Both the position numbers and the translations under genes were made by a program. 46,757 nt of DNA from contig JBGQCU010000002.1 of NCBI GenBank assembly GCA_041495495.1, positions 1 to 46,757 of the forward strand, written 5' to 3'. Below the pieces are notes generated by a model. It saw nothing but the letters and a program-made list of their open reading frames with translations. It did no database searches and was not told where the DNA came from. Positions 19,268-27,630 of this stretch are shown here, one piece after another (the stretch's first letter is position 1; every line of letters begins with the position of its first letter). The DNA is from Candidatus Limnocylindria bacterium (lineage in GTDB: Bacteria > Chloroflexota > Limnocylindria > QHBO01).

Positions 19268-20493
19268 GCCCGCGGCGCGAAGAAGGAGGCGCTGCGCTCG
19301 GCCAGTGAGCGGAGCAGCGGCACAACCCGATAGCGCCCGTCGGGCACCGCCGCGTGCAGCCCGTCCAGGGTCCTGACCACCCGCGCCAGGCCGATCCGCT
19401 CGCCCCACTCCAGCGGGCCCGACGGGTAGTTCACGCCCAGCCGCATGGCCGTGTCGATCGCATCCGGGGAGGCCACCCCCTCGGCGACCGCGGAGGCCGC
19501 CTCGTTGACGATGGTGGCCAGGATCCGCCCCGCGATCTGCTCATCGATCAGGTGCTCGGGCGGTGGGCCCGACGGCCGCTGCGACAGCGCGGTCCAGGGC
19601 GCGCCGCGGGCCCCATCGGCCGCGTAGTCGTAGAAGCCTCCACCGCTCTTGCGGCCGAGCCGCCCGGCGTCCACCAGCATCCGCTGCACAAGGTGCGGCC
19701 GATAGCGCGGATCGAAGAAGAAAGCCTCGTGCAGGCTCTGGCTGACGCTGAAGTTGATATCGGTGCCGATGGTGTCGACCAGCTCGAACGGTCCCATCCG
19801 GAAGCCGACGGCCCGCATCGCCGCATCCACCTCCTCCACGCTCGCCGCTCCGTCGCCAAGGATGCGCATCGACTCCAGGTAGAACGGGCGCGCGACGCGG
19901 TTGACGATGAAGCCAGGCGTGTCGGTGGTCAGCACCGGCGTCTTGCCGAGCCGGCGAGCCACGAAGATGGTGGCCTCGGCCACCGCCGATGCGGTGAGCG
20001 GGCCGGCCACCACTTCGACCAGCGCCATGAGCGGCACCGGGTTGAAGAAGTGCATGCCCACCACGCGCTCGGGGTGCTGCGCGGCCGATGCGATGCGTGC
20101 GATCGACAGGCTGCTGGTGTTGGAGGCCAGGATGGTCGTGGGTCCGGCCGCGGCATCGAGGCGGCGGAACGCCTCGCGCTTCAGGTCGAGATCCTCCGGG
20201 ATGGCCTCCACCAGCAGGTCAACGCCGGCGAGCTCTTCGAGGGAGGCGGCCGCGGTCACGCGGGCGAGTGATGCTGCGGCGCTCTCCTGGTCGCTCTGGC
20301 CCTTCTCCACCCGGCGCGCCAGGAAGCCTGCGATCCGCTCGTGCGCCCGTTCGTACGACCCCGGAATTGGGTCGTAGACGAGCGCCACGATCCCCGCCTC
20401 CGCGACCACCTGGGCGATGCCGGCGCCCATCGTGCCGGCGCCCAGGATCCCGATCCGCTCGATCGCCCCGAGTATCGCGGCGTCAGCGTCCAA
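19264..20493 (-). CDS. 3-hydroxyacyl-CoA dehydrogenase with duplicated C-terminal domain (PaaH-like)
   Basis: IGILGAGTMGAGIAQV, NTSSLSI, HFFNPVPLMALVEV and a second 3HCDH_C-like segment (PSGPLEWGERIGL). The only plausible start near the upstream stop is TTG 20493 (11-nt overlap), so the start is uncertain. Confidence 0.85.
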   Translation of the reverse strand: MDADAAILGAIERIGILGAGTMGAGIAQVVAEAGIVALVYDPIPGSYERAHERIAGFLARRVEKGQSDQESAAASLARVTAAASLEELAGVDLLVEAIPEDLDLKREAFRRLDAAAGPTTILASNTSSLSIARIASAAQHPERVVGMHFFNPVPLMALVEVVAGPLTASAVAEATIFVARRLGKTPVLTTDTPGFIVNRVARPFYLESMRILGDGAASVEEVDAAMRAVGFRMGPFELVDTIGTDINFSVSQSLHEAFFFDPRYRPHLVQRMLVDAGRLGRKSGGGFYDYAADGARGAPWTALSQRPSGPPPEHLIDEQIAGRILATIVNEAASAVAEGVASPDAIDTAMRLGVNYPSGPLEWGERIGLARVVRTLDGLHAAVPDGRYRVVPLLRSLAERSASFFAPRA

Positions 20494-21268
20494 GGAATCG
20501 CGGCTCCCGCTTCTCGCCGAAGGCGGCCACCCCCTCGGCATGATCCTCGGTCCGGCCGGCGAGCTCCTGCAGGGCGGCCTCCATCGCCAGGCTCTCGGGC
20601 AGCAGCGCATCCTCCGCGTGGTTGATCGCCCGCTTGGCAAGCGCGATGGCGCGCGTTGGCGCGGCCGCCAGCCTCGCCGCCGCGGCATGCGCGGTGGCGG
20701 CCAGCTGATCGGCCGGCACGACCTCGTTGACCAGGCCGGCGGCCTGTGCCTCGGCCGCGGGGAGGGGCTCCCCGCCGAAGATCAGGCCCGCCGCGCGGTG
20801 CCGCCCCAGGGCCCGCACGAGGGTCCGGGTGGAGCCTGAGTCGGGCACCAGCCCGATCCGCACGAAGGCCTGGATGAAGCGGGCATCCTGCGCGGCATAG
20901 ACAAGGTCGCAGGCCAGCGCCAGCGACACACCGGCCCCGGCCGCCACGCCGTTGACGGCGGCGATCACCGGCTTGGGCAGCTCGCGGATGGCGGTGATGA
21001 GCGGGTTGTACTCGTCGGTCAGGACGCGCCGAAACGCGCGCTCGCCGCTGCCGCCGCGCAGATCGGCGCCGCTGCAGAAGCCGCGACCCGCGCCGGTGAT
21101 GACGACCGCGCGAATCCCCTCGTCGCGTCCCGCGGCCTTGACGGCGCCCAGCAGCTCGCGACGCATGGCGCCATTCAGGGCGTTGAGCGAATCCGGTCGG
21201 TGCAGGGTGATGGTGGCAACCGCATCGGCCACCTCGACCTGGATCGTCTCGTACGCTGGGTCGGCCAC
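20483..21268 (-). CDS. enoyl-CoA hydratase/isomerase (crotonase family)
   Basis: 261 aa. ATITLHRPDSLNAL, VVITGAGRGFCSGADL, PVIAAVNGVAAGAGVSLALACD and AFGEKREPRF. Confidence 0.9.
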   Translation of the reverse strand: MADPAYETIQVEVADAVATITLHRPDSLNALNGAMRRELLGAVKAAGRDEGIRAVVITGAGRGFCSGADLRGGSGERAFRRVLTDEYNPLITAIRELPKPVIAAVNGVAAGAGVSLALACDLVYAAQDARFIQAFVRIGLVPDSGSTRTLVRALGRHRAAGLIFGGEPLPAAEAQAAGLVNEVVPADQLAATAHAAAARLAAAPTRAIALAKRAINHAEDALLPESLAMEAALQELAGRTEDHAEGVAAFGEKREPRFLGR

Positions 21269-21302
21269 CGGCCAATTCTACCGGCGGCGCAACGTCTGGC
21301 CG

Positions 21303-21893
21303 CTAGACCGCCGCGGTTGCGGCGGGATGCCGGCGCCGGAAGGCGCGCCCCTTCATGCGGTTGCCGCAGACGGCCATCGTGCACCACGCGCCGGAGCGGT
21401 TGCGCGAGGAGTCGTAGAAGGCCCAGCGGCAGGTGTCGTTGCGGCACACCTTCAGTCGCTGCCAGGTGCCGAGGGTGACGGCCTCGTAGACGATCGCCAG
21501 GAATCGACCGATGGCCGCGTCGCCGCCGTCGCTGCGCTCCGGCTCGAGGTGCGACCGCTCTCCGATCTGCACCCGAAGCGGGACGCCGGCGGCGATCTCG
21601 TTCAGGCGAGCGGTGGCCTCGGCCGCAGCGGCGTGGCCGGCGTTGGCCTCGAGCACCTCCCGCAGCGTCTCCCGAAATGCGATCGCCGCCGCGAGGTCCT
21701 TCGGCGCGAGCGCGGCGCCACGAGGAAGCAGCCCGCGCTCGATCAACCACGCAGCGAGCTGCCCCGGGGAGGCGAAGTCATCCTCGCCGGACTCGAGGTC
21801 AACCGTGTTCAGGAAGGTGCGCAGCAGCTCGAGGCGGCCGGGCGCGGGCGGCCGTCGCGCGGCGTCCGATGACGGGGGCAGAAGAGGATCCAA
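21303..21893 (-). CDS. CGNR zinc-finger domain protein (ABATE N-terminal domain)
   Basis: 196 aa. The C-terminus CRNDTCRWAFYDSSRNRSGAWCTMAVCGNRMKGRAFRRR is the CGNR zinc-finger signature. Confidence 0.9.
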   Translation of the reverse strand: MDPLLPPSSDAARRPPAPGRLELLRTFLNTVDLESGEDDFASPGQLAAWLIERGLLPRGAALAPKDLAAAIAFRETLREVLEANAGHAAAAEATARLNEIAAGVPLRVQIGERSHLEPERSDGGDAAIGRFLAIVYEAVTLGTWQRLKVCRNDTCRWAFYDSSRNRSGAWCTMAVCGNRMKGRAFRRRHPAATAAV

Positions 21894-21901
21894 CGAACCA
21901 C

Positions 21902-21960
21902 CTAACTGGTATTTAAGCTTGACAGGTTATGCTAACTATCGTACAGTCTACGCCAGTTAG
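21902..21960 (+). promoter_or_regulatory. near-consensus promoter bracketed by an 8-bp perfect inverted repeat (candidate operator)
   Basis: TTGACA (21919-21924), a 17-nt spacer, then TACAGT (21942-21947). CTAACTGG (21902-21909) and CCAGTTAG (21953-21960) are reverse complements. A third CTAACT lies at 21932-21937. The region is visibly AT-richer than its flanks. Confidence 0.45.
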
Positions 21961-22002
21961 CAAGGGCCCACACGCAATGAAGGGCCCGGAGGGTACACAG
22001 CA

Positions 22003-22227
22003 ATGTTCCTGTTCCAGCACCCCGAAGACTACCTCCGCTCCCTCGAGGTCGACGGCGAGCGACGCGAGCGACATCACCGGCTGTTGCGCGAGGTGCGCGC
22101 TGCCTCCTCGCCCAGTGGCCAGCACATGACGCGTCGCCCGGCATCCGCGCCGGCCATGGCGTCTTTCACCGGCCCGGAGCGTCGCAGCGTGCCGTGCCCC
22201 GACATGAAGGAGGCCATGACCCCATGA
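22003..22227 (+). CDS. small hypothetical protein (74 aa), translationally coupled to the downstream gene
   Basis: ATG start 56 nt downstream of the candidate -10. High GC3 throughout. Its TGA overlaps ATG 22224 of the SnoaL-like gene (ATGA). It contains the AAGGAGG site for that gene. No family recognised. Confidence 0.4.
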   Translation: MFLFQHPEDYLRSLEVDGERRERHHRLLREVRAASSPSGQHMTRRPASAPAMASFTGPERRSVPCPDMKEAMTP

Positions 22228-22601
22228 CCCGGACCGATTTCGACAACTGGCTGGACGGCTATCGTCAGGCCTGGCGGACAGACGATCCCGCGCAGATCGG
22301 GTCCCTCTTCACCGAGGATGCCACCTACGCTCCGTGGCCCTTCAGCGAGCCGTGGCGGGGACGCGAGGCGATCGTCGCGAAGTGGGTCGATCGCGGGGAC
22401 TCGGCCGCGGCGTGGCAATTCGCATCGGAGCTGCTGGCGGTCGATGGTGAGACCGGCGTGGTCCGCGGCCTGACCACCTATCCGGCCCACGACGATGAGC
22501 CAGAAGGGGTCTACTCCAATATCTGGGTCATTCGACTGGCGCCCGACGGGCGCGCGCGGTCCTTCGCCGAGTGGTGGGTGCAGCGGCCGGATCCGTCCTG
22601 A
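22224..22601 (+). CDS. SnoaL-like / NTF2-family protein
   Basis: ATG 22224 lies 10 nt after AAGGAGG (22207-22213). FDNWLDGYRQAWRTDDPAQIGSLFTEDATY is typical of NTF2-like polyketide-cyclase-fold proteins. Confidence 0.8.
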   Translation: MTRTDFDNWLDGYRQAWRTDDPAQIGSLFTEDATYAPWPFSEPWRGREAIVAKWVDRGDSAAAWQFASELLAVDGETGVVRGLTTYPAHDDEPEGVYSNIWVIRLAPDGRARSFAEWWVQRPDPS

Positions 22602-22603
22602 GG

Positions 22604-23386
22604 CTACCTGCCCGTGAAATCGGGTTCGCGCTTCTCCAGGAAGGCGGCCATCCCCTCCTTCTGGTCCTCCGACGCGAAGAGCAGGTAGAAGAGACGCCGC
22701 TCGTGGGCCAGGGCATCGGTCAGGCTCATCTCAAAGGCGGCATTGACCGCCTCCTTGGCCAGTCGCAGCGCCAGCGGCGACTTCGAGGCGATCTTCGCTG
22801 CCAACGCCAGCGCGTCCTCGACCAGCAGCTCGTTGGGTACGACCCTCGACACAAGCCCGAGCCGATGCGCTTCGCGCGCGTCGATCGGCTCGCCGGTCAG
22901 GATCATCTCCATCGCCACGCTCTTGCCGACCGCCCGCGGCAGGCGCTGCGTGCCGCCCGCCCCGGGGATGACGCCCAGGTTGATCTCCGGCTGGCCAAAG
23001 CGCGCGCTCTCCGCCGCCACGATCAGGTCGAGCGCCATCGCCAGCTCGCAGCCGCCGCCCAGGCACCAGCCGGCGACCGCTGCGATCACCGGCTTGCTGA
23101 TGCGTCGCACCCGGTCCCACTGCGCGATCCGGTTGCCGCGCAGCATGTCGATGGGGGTGGCCGTCGCCATCTCCCCGATGTCCGCGCCGGCGGCGAAGGC
23201 TCGCTCATCACCGGTGACGACCATGCAGCGGATCGCGTCGTCCCGGTCGAGCGCCTCGAGCGCGCCGCACAGCTCGTCCATCACCTTGGCGTTGAGCGCA
23301 TTCAGCTGCTTCGGACGGTTGAAGCGCAGCAGCGCCACCCGGCGCGCCTCGTCGCGCTCCACCACGACGAAGGACTCGTCGTTCAC
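22604..23386 (-). CDS. enoyl-CoA hydratase (crotonase, short-chain type)
   Basis: ALLRFNRPKQLNALN, MVVTGDERAFAAGADI, PVIAAVAGWCLGGGCELAMALD, GQPEINLGVIPGAGGTQRL and AFLEKREPDF. Start is GTG 23386, with a GTGA overlap. Confidence 0.9.
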   Translation of the reverse strand: MNDESFVVVERDEARRVALLRFNRPKQLNALNAKVMDELCGALEALDRDDAIRCMVVTGDERAFAAGADIGEMATATPIDMLRGNRIAQWDRVRRISKPVIAAVAGWCLGGGCELAMALDLIVAAESARFGQPEINLGVIPGAGGTQRLPRAVGKSVAMEMILTGEPIDAREAHRLGLVSRVVPNELLVEDALALAAKIASKSPLALRLAKEAVNAAFEMSLTDALAHERRLFYLLFASEDQKEGMAAFLEKREPDFTGR

Positions 23387-24342
23387 GGGATCGCCTCGAA
23401 CACATCGGGGAGCTCGGCAGCGCAGCCACTGCAATAGGTCGCGCGCGCGGACAGCCCCTTCTCGCCGCAGGAGGGGCAGACCCGCCCGACGCCCGCCTGC
23501 AGCTCCCGCATGGCGGCATAGCGCGGCGCACGCTTGGCCTGGAAGGCCTCCACCGCCTCGCGGGTCTCATCGGCGGTCGAGTGGATGGCCAGCCAGTCGC
23601 GCGCGTGGGTGATCGTCTGCGACCAGGCCAGGTCACGCCACCAGTTGAGCTGGGTCTTGGTGTAGCGCAGCGCCTCGGGCAGCTTGGCGCGCAGGCTCGC
23701 CGCCAGGGCCCCAACCGTCTCGTCAAGGTCGGCGCGGGGCACGACCCGGTTGACGAGGCCCCAGTCGAGGGCCTGGCCGGGGCCGATCGGCGCGCACAGC
23801 AACAGGATCTCGCGCGCACGACGGTCGCCGACCAGGATCGGCAGCCATTGGGTCGCCCCGCCGGCGGGGACGGAGCCATGCTCGGGGCCGACGTGGCGAA
23901 TGTAGGCATCGTCCACCAGCACCGACAGGTCGCAGGCCATCTGCAGCTCGTTGCCGCCGCCGACGCAGATGCCGTTGATGCGCGCGATGGTCGGCTTGCC
24001 GATGCTCCGCAGGCGATCGTGCATCTCGATGAAGGCGCCCATCCAGCGCCAGTACTGGCCGCTGGTGGCGCCCATCCCCGCCTGCTCATCGAGGTCGGCG
24101 CCGGTGCAGAAGGCCCGATCCCCCGCCCCCGTCACGACCACCACCGCCACGGAGTCGTCCCAGGAGGCGTCCTCGAAGGCCCGTCCGAGCTCGCGCAGCG
24201 TCTGGAAGTCAAACGCGTTGAGCACCGCCGGCCGGTCGATCGTCACCGTCGCCACGCCGCTGGCGGCGTCCTTCGCATACCGCACCCGCTCAAAGCCGAG
24301 CGTGGCCGGGTCGACCGCCAACGGTGCGCTCGGCTCAGCCAT
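23383..24342 (-). CDS. MenB/BadI-subfamily crotonase-fold enzyme with C-terminal zinc-ribbon extension
   Basis: Start ATG 24342 (MAEPSAPLAV). VVVTGAGDRAFCTGADL, INGICVGGGNELQMACDLSVL and GPEHGSVPAGGATQWL resemble naphthoate synthase and 2-ketocyclohexanecarboxyl-CoA hydrolase types. After the usual AFQAKRAPRY end come about 35 extra residues with CPSCG...CSGC. Confidence 0.85.
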   Translation of the reverse strand: MAEPSAPLAVDPATLGFERVRYAKDAASGVATVTIDRPAVLNAFDFQTLRELGRAFEDASWDDSVAVVVVTGAGDRAFCTGADLDEQAGMGATSGQYWRWMGAFIEMHDRLRSIGKPTIARINGICVGGGNELQMACDLSVLVDDAYIRHVGPEHGSVPAGGATQWLPILVGDRRAREILLLCAPIGPGQALDWGLVNRVVPRADLDETVGALAASLRAKLPEALRYTKTQLNWWRDLAWSQTITHARDWLAIHSTADETREAVEAFQAKRAPRYAAMRELQAGVGRVCPSCGEKGLSARATYCSGCAAELPDVFEAIP

Positions 24343-24649
24343 CGGTGGCAGCATCGTCATCGGCCACAAACAGCGAGAACCCTGCCTGCGCGAAGTTGCG
24401 CAGGTCACGACCGCTCTCGCGTCCCGCGTCGGAGTCCAGCGCCTCGTCGAGGTCCGCGCGCGAGTCGAATCGCATCTCGGCCATCGCGTAGAAGGGTGCC
24501 GAGCGGCCGCCAATCCCATCGGCCCTGGTCAAGCGCAGGCCTCGCAGCTTCGGGTAGCGCTGGACGATCGGAGCATGGATGTCGCGGTAGTACGCCTCGA
24601 AGGCGGAGGGGTCGTCCGGCGGGCTGAAGAGGGCGATCAGGCGGACCAC
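24335..24649 (-). CDS. EthD family protein (dimeric alpha-beta barrel)
   Basis: 104 aa. MVRLIALFSPPDDPSAFEAYYRDIHAPIVQRYPKLRG matches the EthD/TIGR02118 N-terminal pattern. Confidence 0.85.
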   Translation of the reverse strand: MVRLIALFSPPDDPSAFEAYYRDIHAPIVQRYPKLRGLRLTRADGIGGRSAPFYAMAEMRFDSRADLDEALDSDAGRESGRDLRNFAQAGFSLFVADDDAATDG

Positions 24650-24655
24650 GATCCG

Positions 24656-24898
24656 CTACTTCTTGAAGAAGTCGGCGTTGATCTGGATGAAGTTGTTCCA
24701 CTGCTCAGGGAGGGCATCCTCGGCAAAGATCGCCGTCACCGGGCATTCCGGCTCACACGCCCCGCAGTCGATGCACTCGTCGGGGTCGATGTAGAACAGC
24801 GGCGCCTCGTCGGTGGTATGGATGCAGTCGACCGGGCAGACGTCGACGCAGGCGGCGTCCTTGACGCCGATGCACGGCTCGGCGATCACGTAGGTCAT
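24656..24898 (-). CDS. fdxA: 7Fe-type ferredoxin (3Fe-4S plus 4Fe-4S), short Thermus-like form
   Basis: 80 aa. CIGVKDAACVDVCPVDCI and CIDCGACEPECPV cluster motifs. The stop lies 6 nt before the EthD start. Confidence 0.95.
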   Translation of the reverse strand: MTYVIAEPCIGVKDAACVDVCPVDCIHTTDEAPLFYIDPDECIDCGACEPECPVTAIFAEDALPEQWNNFIQINADFFKK

Positions 24899-24966
24899 AG
24901 CAGCGGACTCCCTCGCTCGGGGGTGGTCATTTCGGCGCGGTGAGAATACACCGATGGACCGACACG

Positions 24967-26079
24967 CTACCCGATCGCCTGATCCGCGGCTGCCGCCTCG
25001 GCCCGCAGTCGCGCGTATCCCGGCTTCACTTGCTCGTTGATGATCCGGAGCCGCCCATCAAACGGCAGGAAGGCGCTCTTGATGGCATTCAGGGTCAGCC
25101 ACTCCATGTCCGCCAGGTCCCACCCGAAGGTGGCGACCATGTTGGCGAACTCGTCCGATAGGCTGATGTTGCTCATCAGTCGGTTGTCGGTGTTGAGGGT
25201 CACCCGGAAGCGGAGGCGCTTGAGCAGGTCGATCGGATGGTCGGCCAGGCTGGCGACGGTGCCGGTGTCCACGTTCGAGGTGGGGCACATCTCGAGCGGG
25301 ATGCGCTGGTCACGCACATAGGCCGCGAGACGGCCAAGGGTCGCCGTTCCGTCCGGGTGGACCGTGATGTCGTCCACGATCCGGACGCCATGGCCCAGCC
25401 GCTCGGCTCCGCACCACTGCAGCGCCTCCCAGATCGACGGCAGCCCGAAGGCCTCGCCGGCGTGGATCGTGAAATGGAAGTTCTCATGTGCGATCAGCTG
25501 GAATGCGTCCAGGTAACGGGTCGGCGGGTATCCCTTCTCCGGCCCGGCGACGTCGAATCCGAAGACGCCGTTGTCCCGATGCCGCACGGCCAGCTCGGCG
25601 ATCTCGACGGACCGCGCCGCCTGCCGCATCCCGCTCAGGAGCAGCCCCACCACGATCGGCCGGCCGGCCGACGCGCGCCGTACTCCCGCGACGGCGGCCT
25701 CCACCACGTCGTCAAGGGTCAGCCCTTCCCCGAGATGCTGTTCAGGGGCGAATCGGACCTCTGCGTAGACGACCCCGTCGGCCGCCAGGTCCTCGACCGA
25801 TTCGGCCGCCACCCGTTCGATGGCATCAGCGCGCTGCATGACCGCCACCGTGTGATCGAACGCCGCGAGGTAGCGCACCAGCGATCGGCCGGAGGTGCCG
25901 GGCGCCGGCTTGAACCACGTGGCGAGCTCGCCGGGGTCACGGGTCGGCAGTCCGGCGTAGCCGATCTCGTCCGCCAGCTCGATCAGGGTCGCGGGCCGGA
26001 GCCCCCCGTCGAGATGCTCATGCAGCAGCACCTTGGGCGCGCGGAGGATCATTGCGAGGTCGAGCGTTGCGACGGCCAT
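24967..26079 (-). CDS. add: adenosine deaminase
   Basis: 370 aa. [26 protein letters not shown] and LNTDNRLMS. Confidence 0.95.
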   Translation of the reverse strand: MAVATLDLAMILRAPKVLLHEHLDGGLRPATLIELADEIGYAGLPTRDPGELATWFKPAPGTSGRSLVRYLAAFDHTVAVMQRADAIERVAAESVEDLAADGVVYAEVRFAPEQHLGEGLTLDDVVEAAVAGVRRASAGRPIVVGLLLSGMRQAARSVEIAELAVRHRDNGVFGFDVAGPEKGYPPTRYLDAFQLIAHENFHFTIHAGEAFGLPSIWEALQWCGAERLGHGVRIVDDITVHPDGTATLGRLAAYVRDQRIPLEMCPTSNVDTGTVASLADHPIDLLKRLRFRVTLNTDNRLMSNISLSDEFANMVATFGWDLADMEWLTLNAIKSAFLPFDGRLRIINEQVKPGYARLRAEAAAADQAIG

Positions 26080-26143
26080 GTTGGCGGGGAGCCTAGCCCG
26101 CTGATTGCGCGGCTACAAGGGGAAAGCGGCTACCCTTCCGGCC

Positions 26144-27013
26144 ATGCCCGAGCGCCCGCCGCTGATCGTCGCCGCCGCCACGCCGCTGACCGCTGGCGGC
26201 GCGTCCCTGGACGAGGCCGCGATCTGGCCGATGGTCCGCTTCCTGGTCGAGCACGGCGCCGACGGCGTCTTCGCCTGCGGGACGACCGGCGAGGGGATCC
26301 TGCTCTCGACGGCCGAGCGGGAGCGCACCGCGGTGGTCTTCCGAGCCGCCGTCCAGGGACGGCTGATCGTGCACTGCGGGGCACAGACGACGGCCGAGAC
26401 GAGCCGGCTGGCTGCCCACGCGGCCGAGATCGGCGCCGATGCGGTGGCGGTCATCCCCCCGCCCTATTTCCCGCTCGACGCATCCGCGCTGACCGAGCAT
26501 CTCGTGGCGGCGGCGGGCGCGTGCGCGCCGCTGCCGTTCTACATCTACGCCTTCGCGGCGCGGAGCGGATACCCCGTTCCGCTCGAGGTCATCGAGCGGG
26601 TCCGCGCGCGGGCTCCCAACCTGGCGGGGCTGAAGGTCAGCGAGTCCCCGTTCGAGAAGGTCGAGCCGTACCTGGACCTGGGGCTGCCCGTCTTCATCGG
26701 CGCCGAGCCGCTCATCCCCGCGGCCCTGCGGCGCGGCGCGCTGGGTGCCGTGTCAGGGCTGGCGGCCGCGTTCCCCGAGGTCGTGCGGTCGGCGCTCGAC
26801 GCGCCCGACGATGCGGCCGAGGAGCGTTTGCGGAGGCTGCGCGCGGCGATGGAGGCGCAGCCGTTCATCGCGTCGGTGAAGCATGTCCTGCGCCAGCGCG
26901 GCGTTCCGATCAACCCCGACCTGCGCGCCCCGATGCGCCGCCTGAGCGATGCCGAGAGCGCCGCGCTGGATGCGTCGCTCTCGCTCCTCGAGCCGCCGAT
27001 CGCGGTCGGCTAG
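26144..27013 (+). CDS. dihydrodipicolinate synthase / N-acetylneuraminate lyase family protein
   Basis: Start ATG 26144. ACGTTGEG, PPPYF, and GLKVSE, which contains the putative Schiff-base Lys. Specific substrate unknown. Confidence 0.85.
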   Translation: MPERPPLIVAAATPLTAGGASLDEAAIWPMVRFLVEHGADGVFACGTTGEGILLSTAERERTAVVFRAAVQGRLIVHCGAQTTAETSRLAAHAAEIGADAVAVIPPPYFPLDASALTEHLVAAAGACAPLPFYIYAFAARSGYPVPLEVIERVRARAPNLAGLKVSESPFEKVEPYLDLGLPVFIGAEPLIPAALRRGALGAVSGLAAAFPEVVRSALDAPDDAAEERLRRLRAAMEAQPFIASVKHVLRQRGVPINPDLRAPMRRLSDAESAALDASLSLLEPPIAVG

Positions 27014-27630
27014 CCCGACTCGGCGACCTCGCCGATCCCCAGCACCCCGCCGCCGCCGCCGGTTCGACGCTTGAAGGGGGCGGTGGCGGCATCGTTCATC
27101 TCGAAGCGGCTGGGGGGCGCCGCGGCCGCGAGCACCACAATCTCCTCCGGCGTGAGCGCGTAGCCGAAGCGGATGGCCGCCACGTTCTCATCCTGGTAGC
27201 GGCGCGGCAACGAGTCGCGGATCGCGGTCTCGTCGAAGTCGATCCCCGCCAGGCGCAGCAGCCGGCCGAGCGCGATCATGTTGCCGAACAGCTCCTTGCC
27301 GAAATGTGCCGACCCGAGCGAGGCGAACGGGATCTGCTCGTCGTCGGGAGCGCCGAGACCCAGGTCGGTGACCACCTTGTGACCGTGGATGCGCAGGTGG
27401 CCCTTGTCGGCCAGCTTGAGCATGATGTCCGCCTCCTCGACCACCGGGTTGGCGATCGGGTGGTCGTCGAAGATGACGAACGCGTCGGACATGCTGCCGC
27501 GCACGCTCGAGTCGTAGTCGAAGAGGACAGTCACCTGCTTTCCCATCCGGGCGAGGAGGGCGCCGAGCACGCCGGCGATGACCCGCACTCCCTGGCCGCC
27601 GACGCCGTCGAGCGCGATCCTGGTCGTCAC
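27010..27630 (-). CDS. 2-oxoacid:ferredoxin oxidoreductase, gamma subunit
   Basis: 206 aa. IALDGVGGQGVRVIAGVL and FGNMIALGRL. GTG 27630 overlaps the beta-subunit stop (GTGA). Confidence 0.9.
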   Translation of the reverse strand: MTTRIALDGVGGQGVRVIAGVLGALLARMGKQVTVLFDYDSSVRGSMSDAFVIFDDHPIANPVVEEADIMLKLADKGHLRIHGHKVVTDLGLGAPDDEQIPFASLGSAHFGKELFGNMIALGRLLRLAGIDFDETAIRDSLPRRYQDENVAAIRFGYALTPEEIVVLAAAAPPSRFEMNDAATAPFKRRTGGGGGVLGIGEVAESG

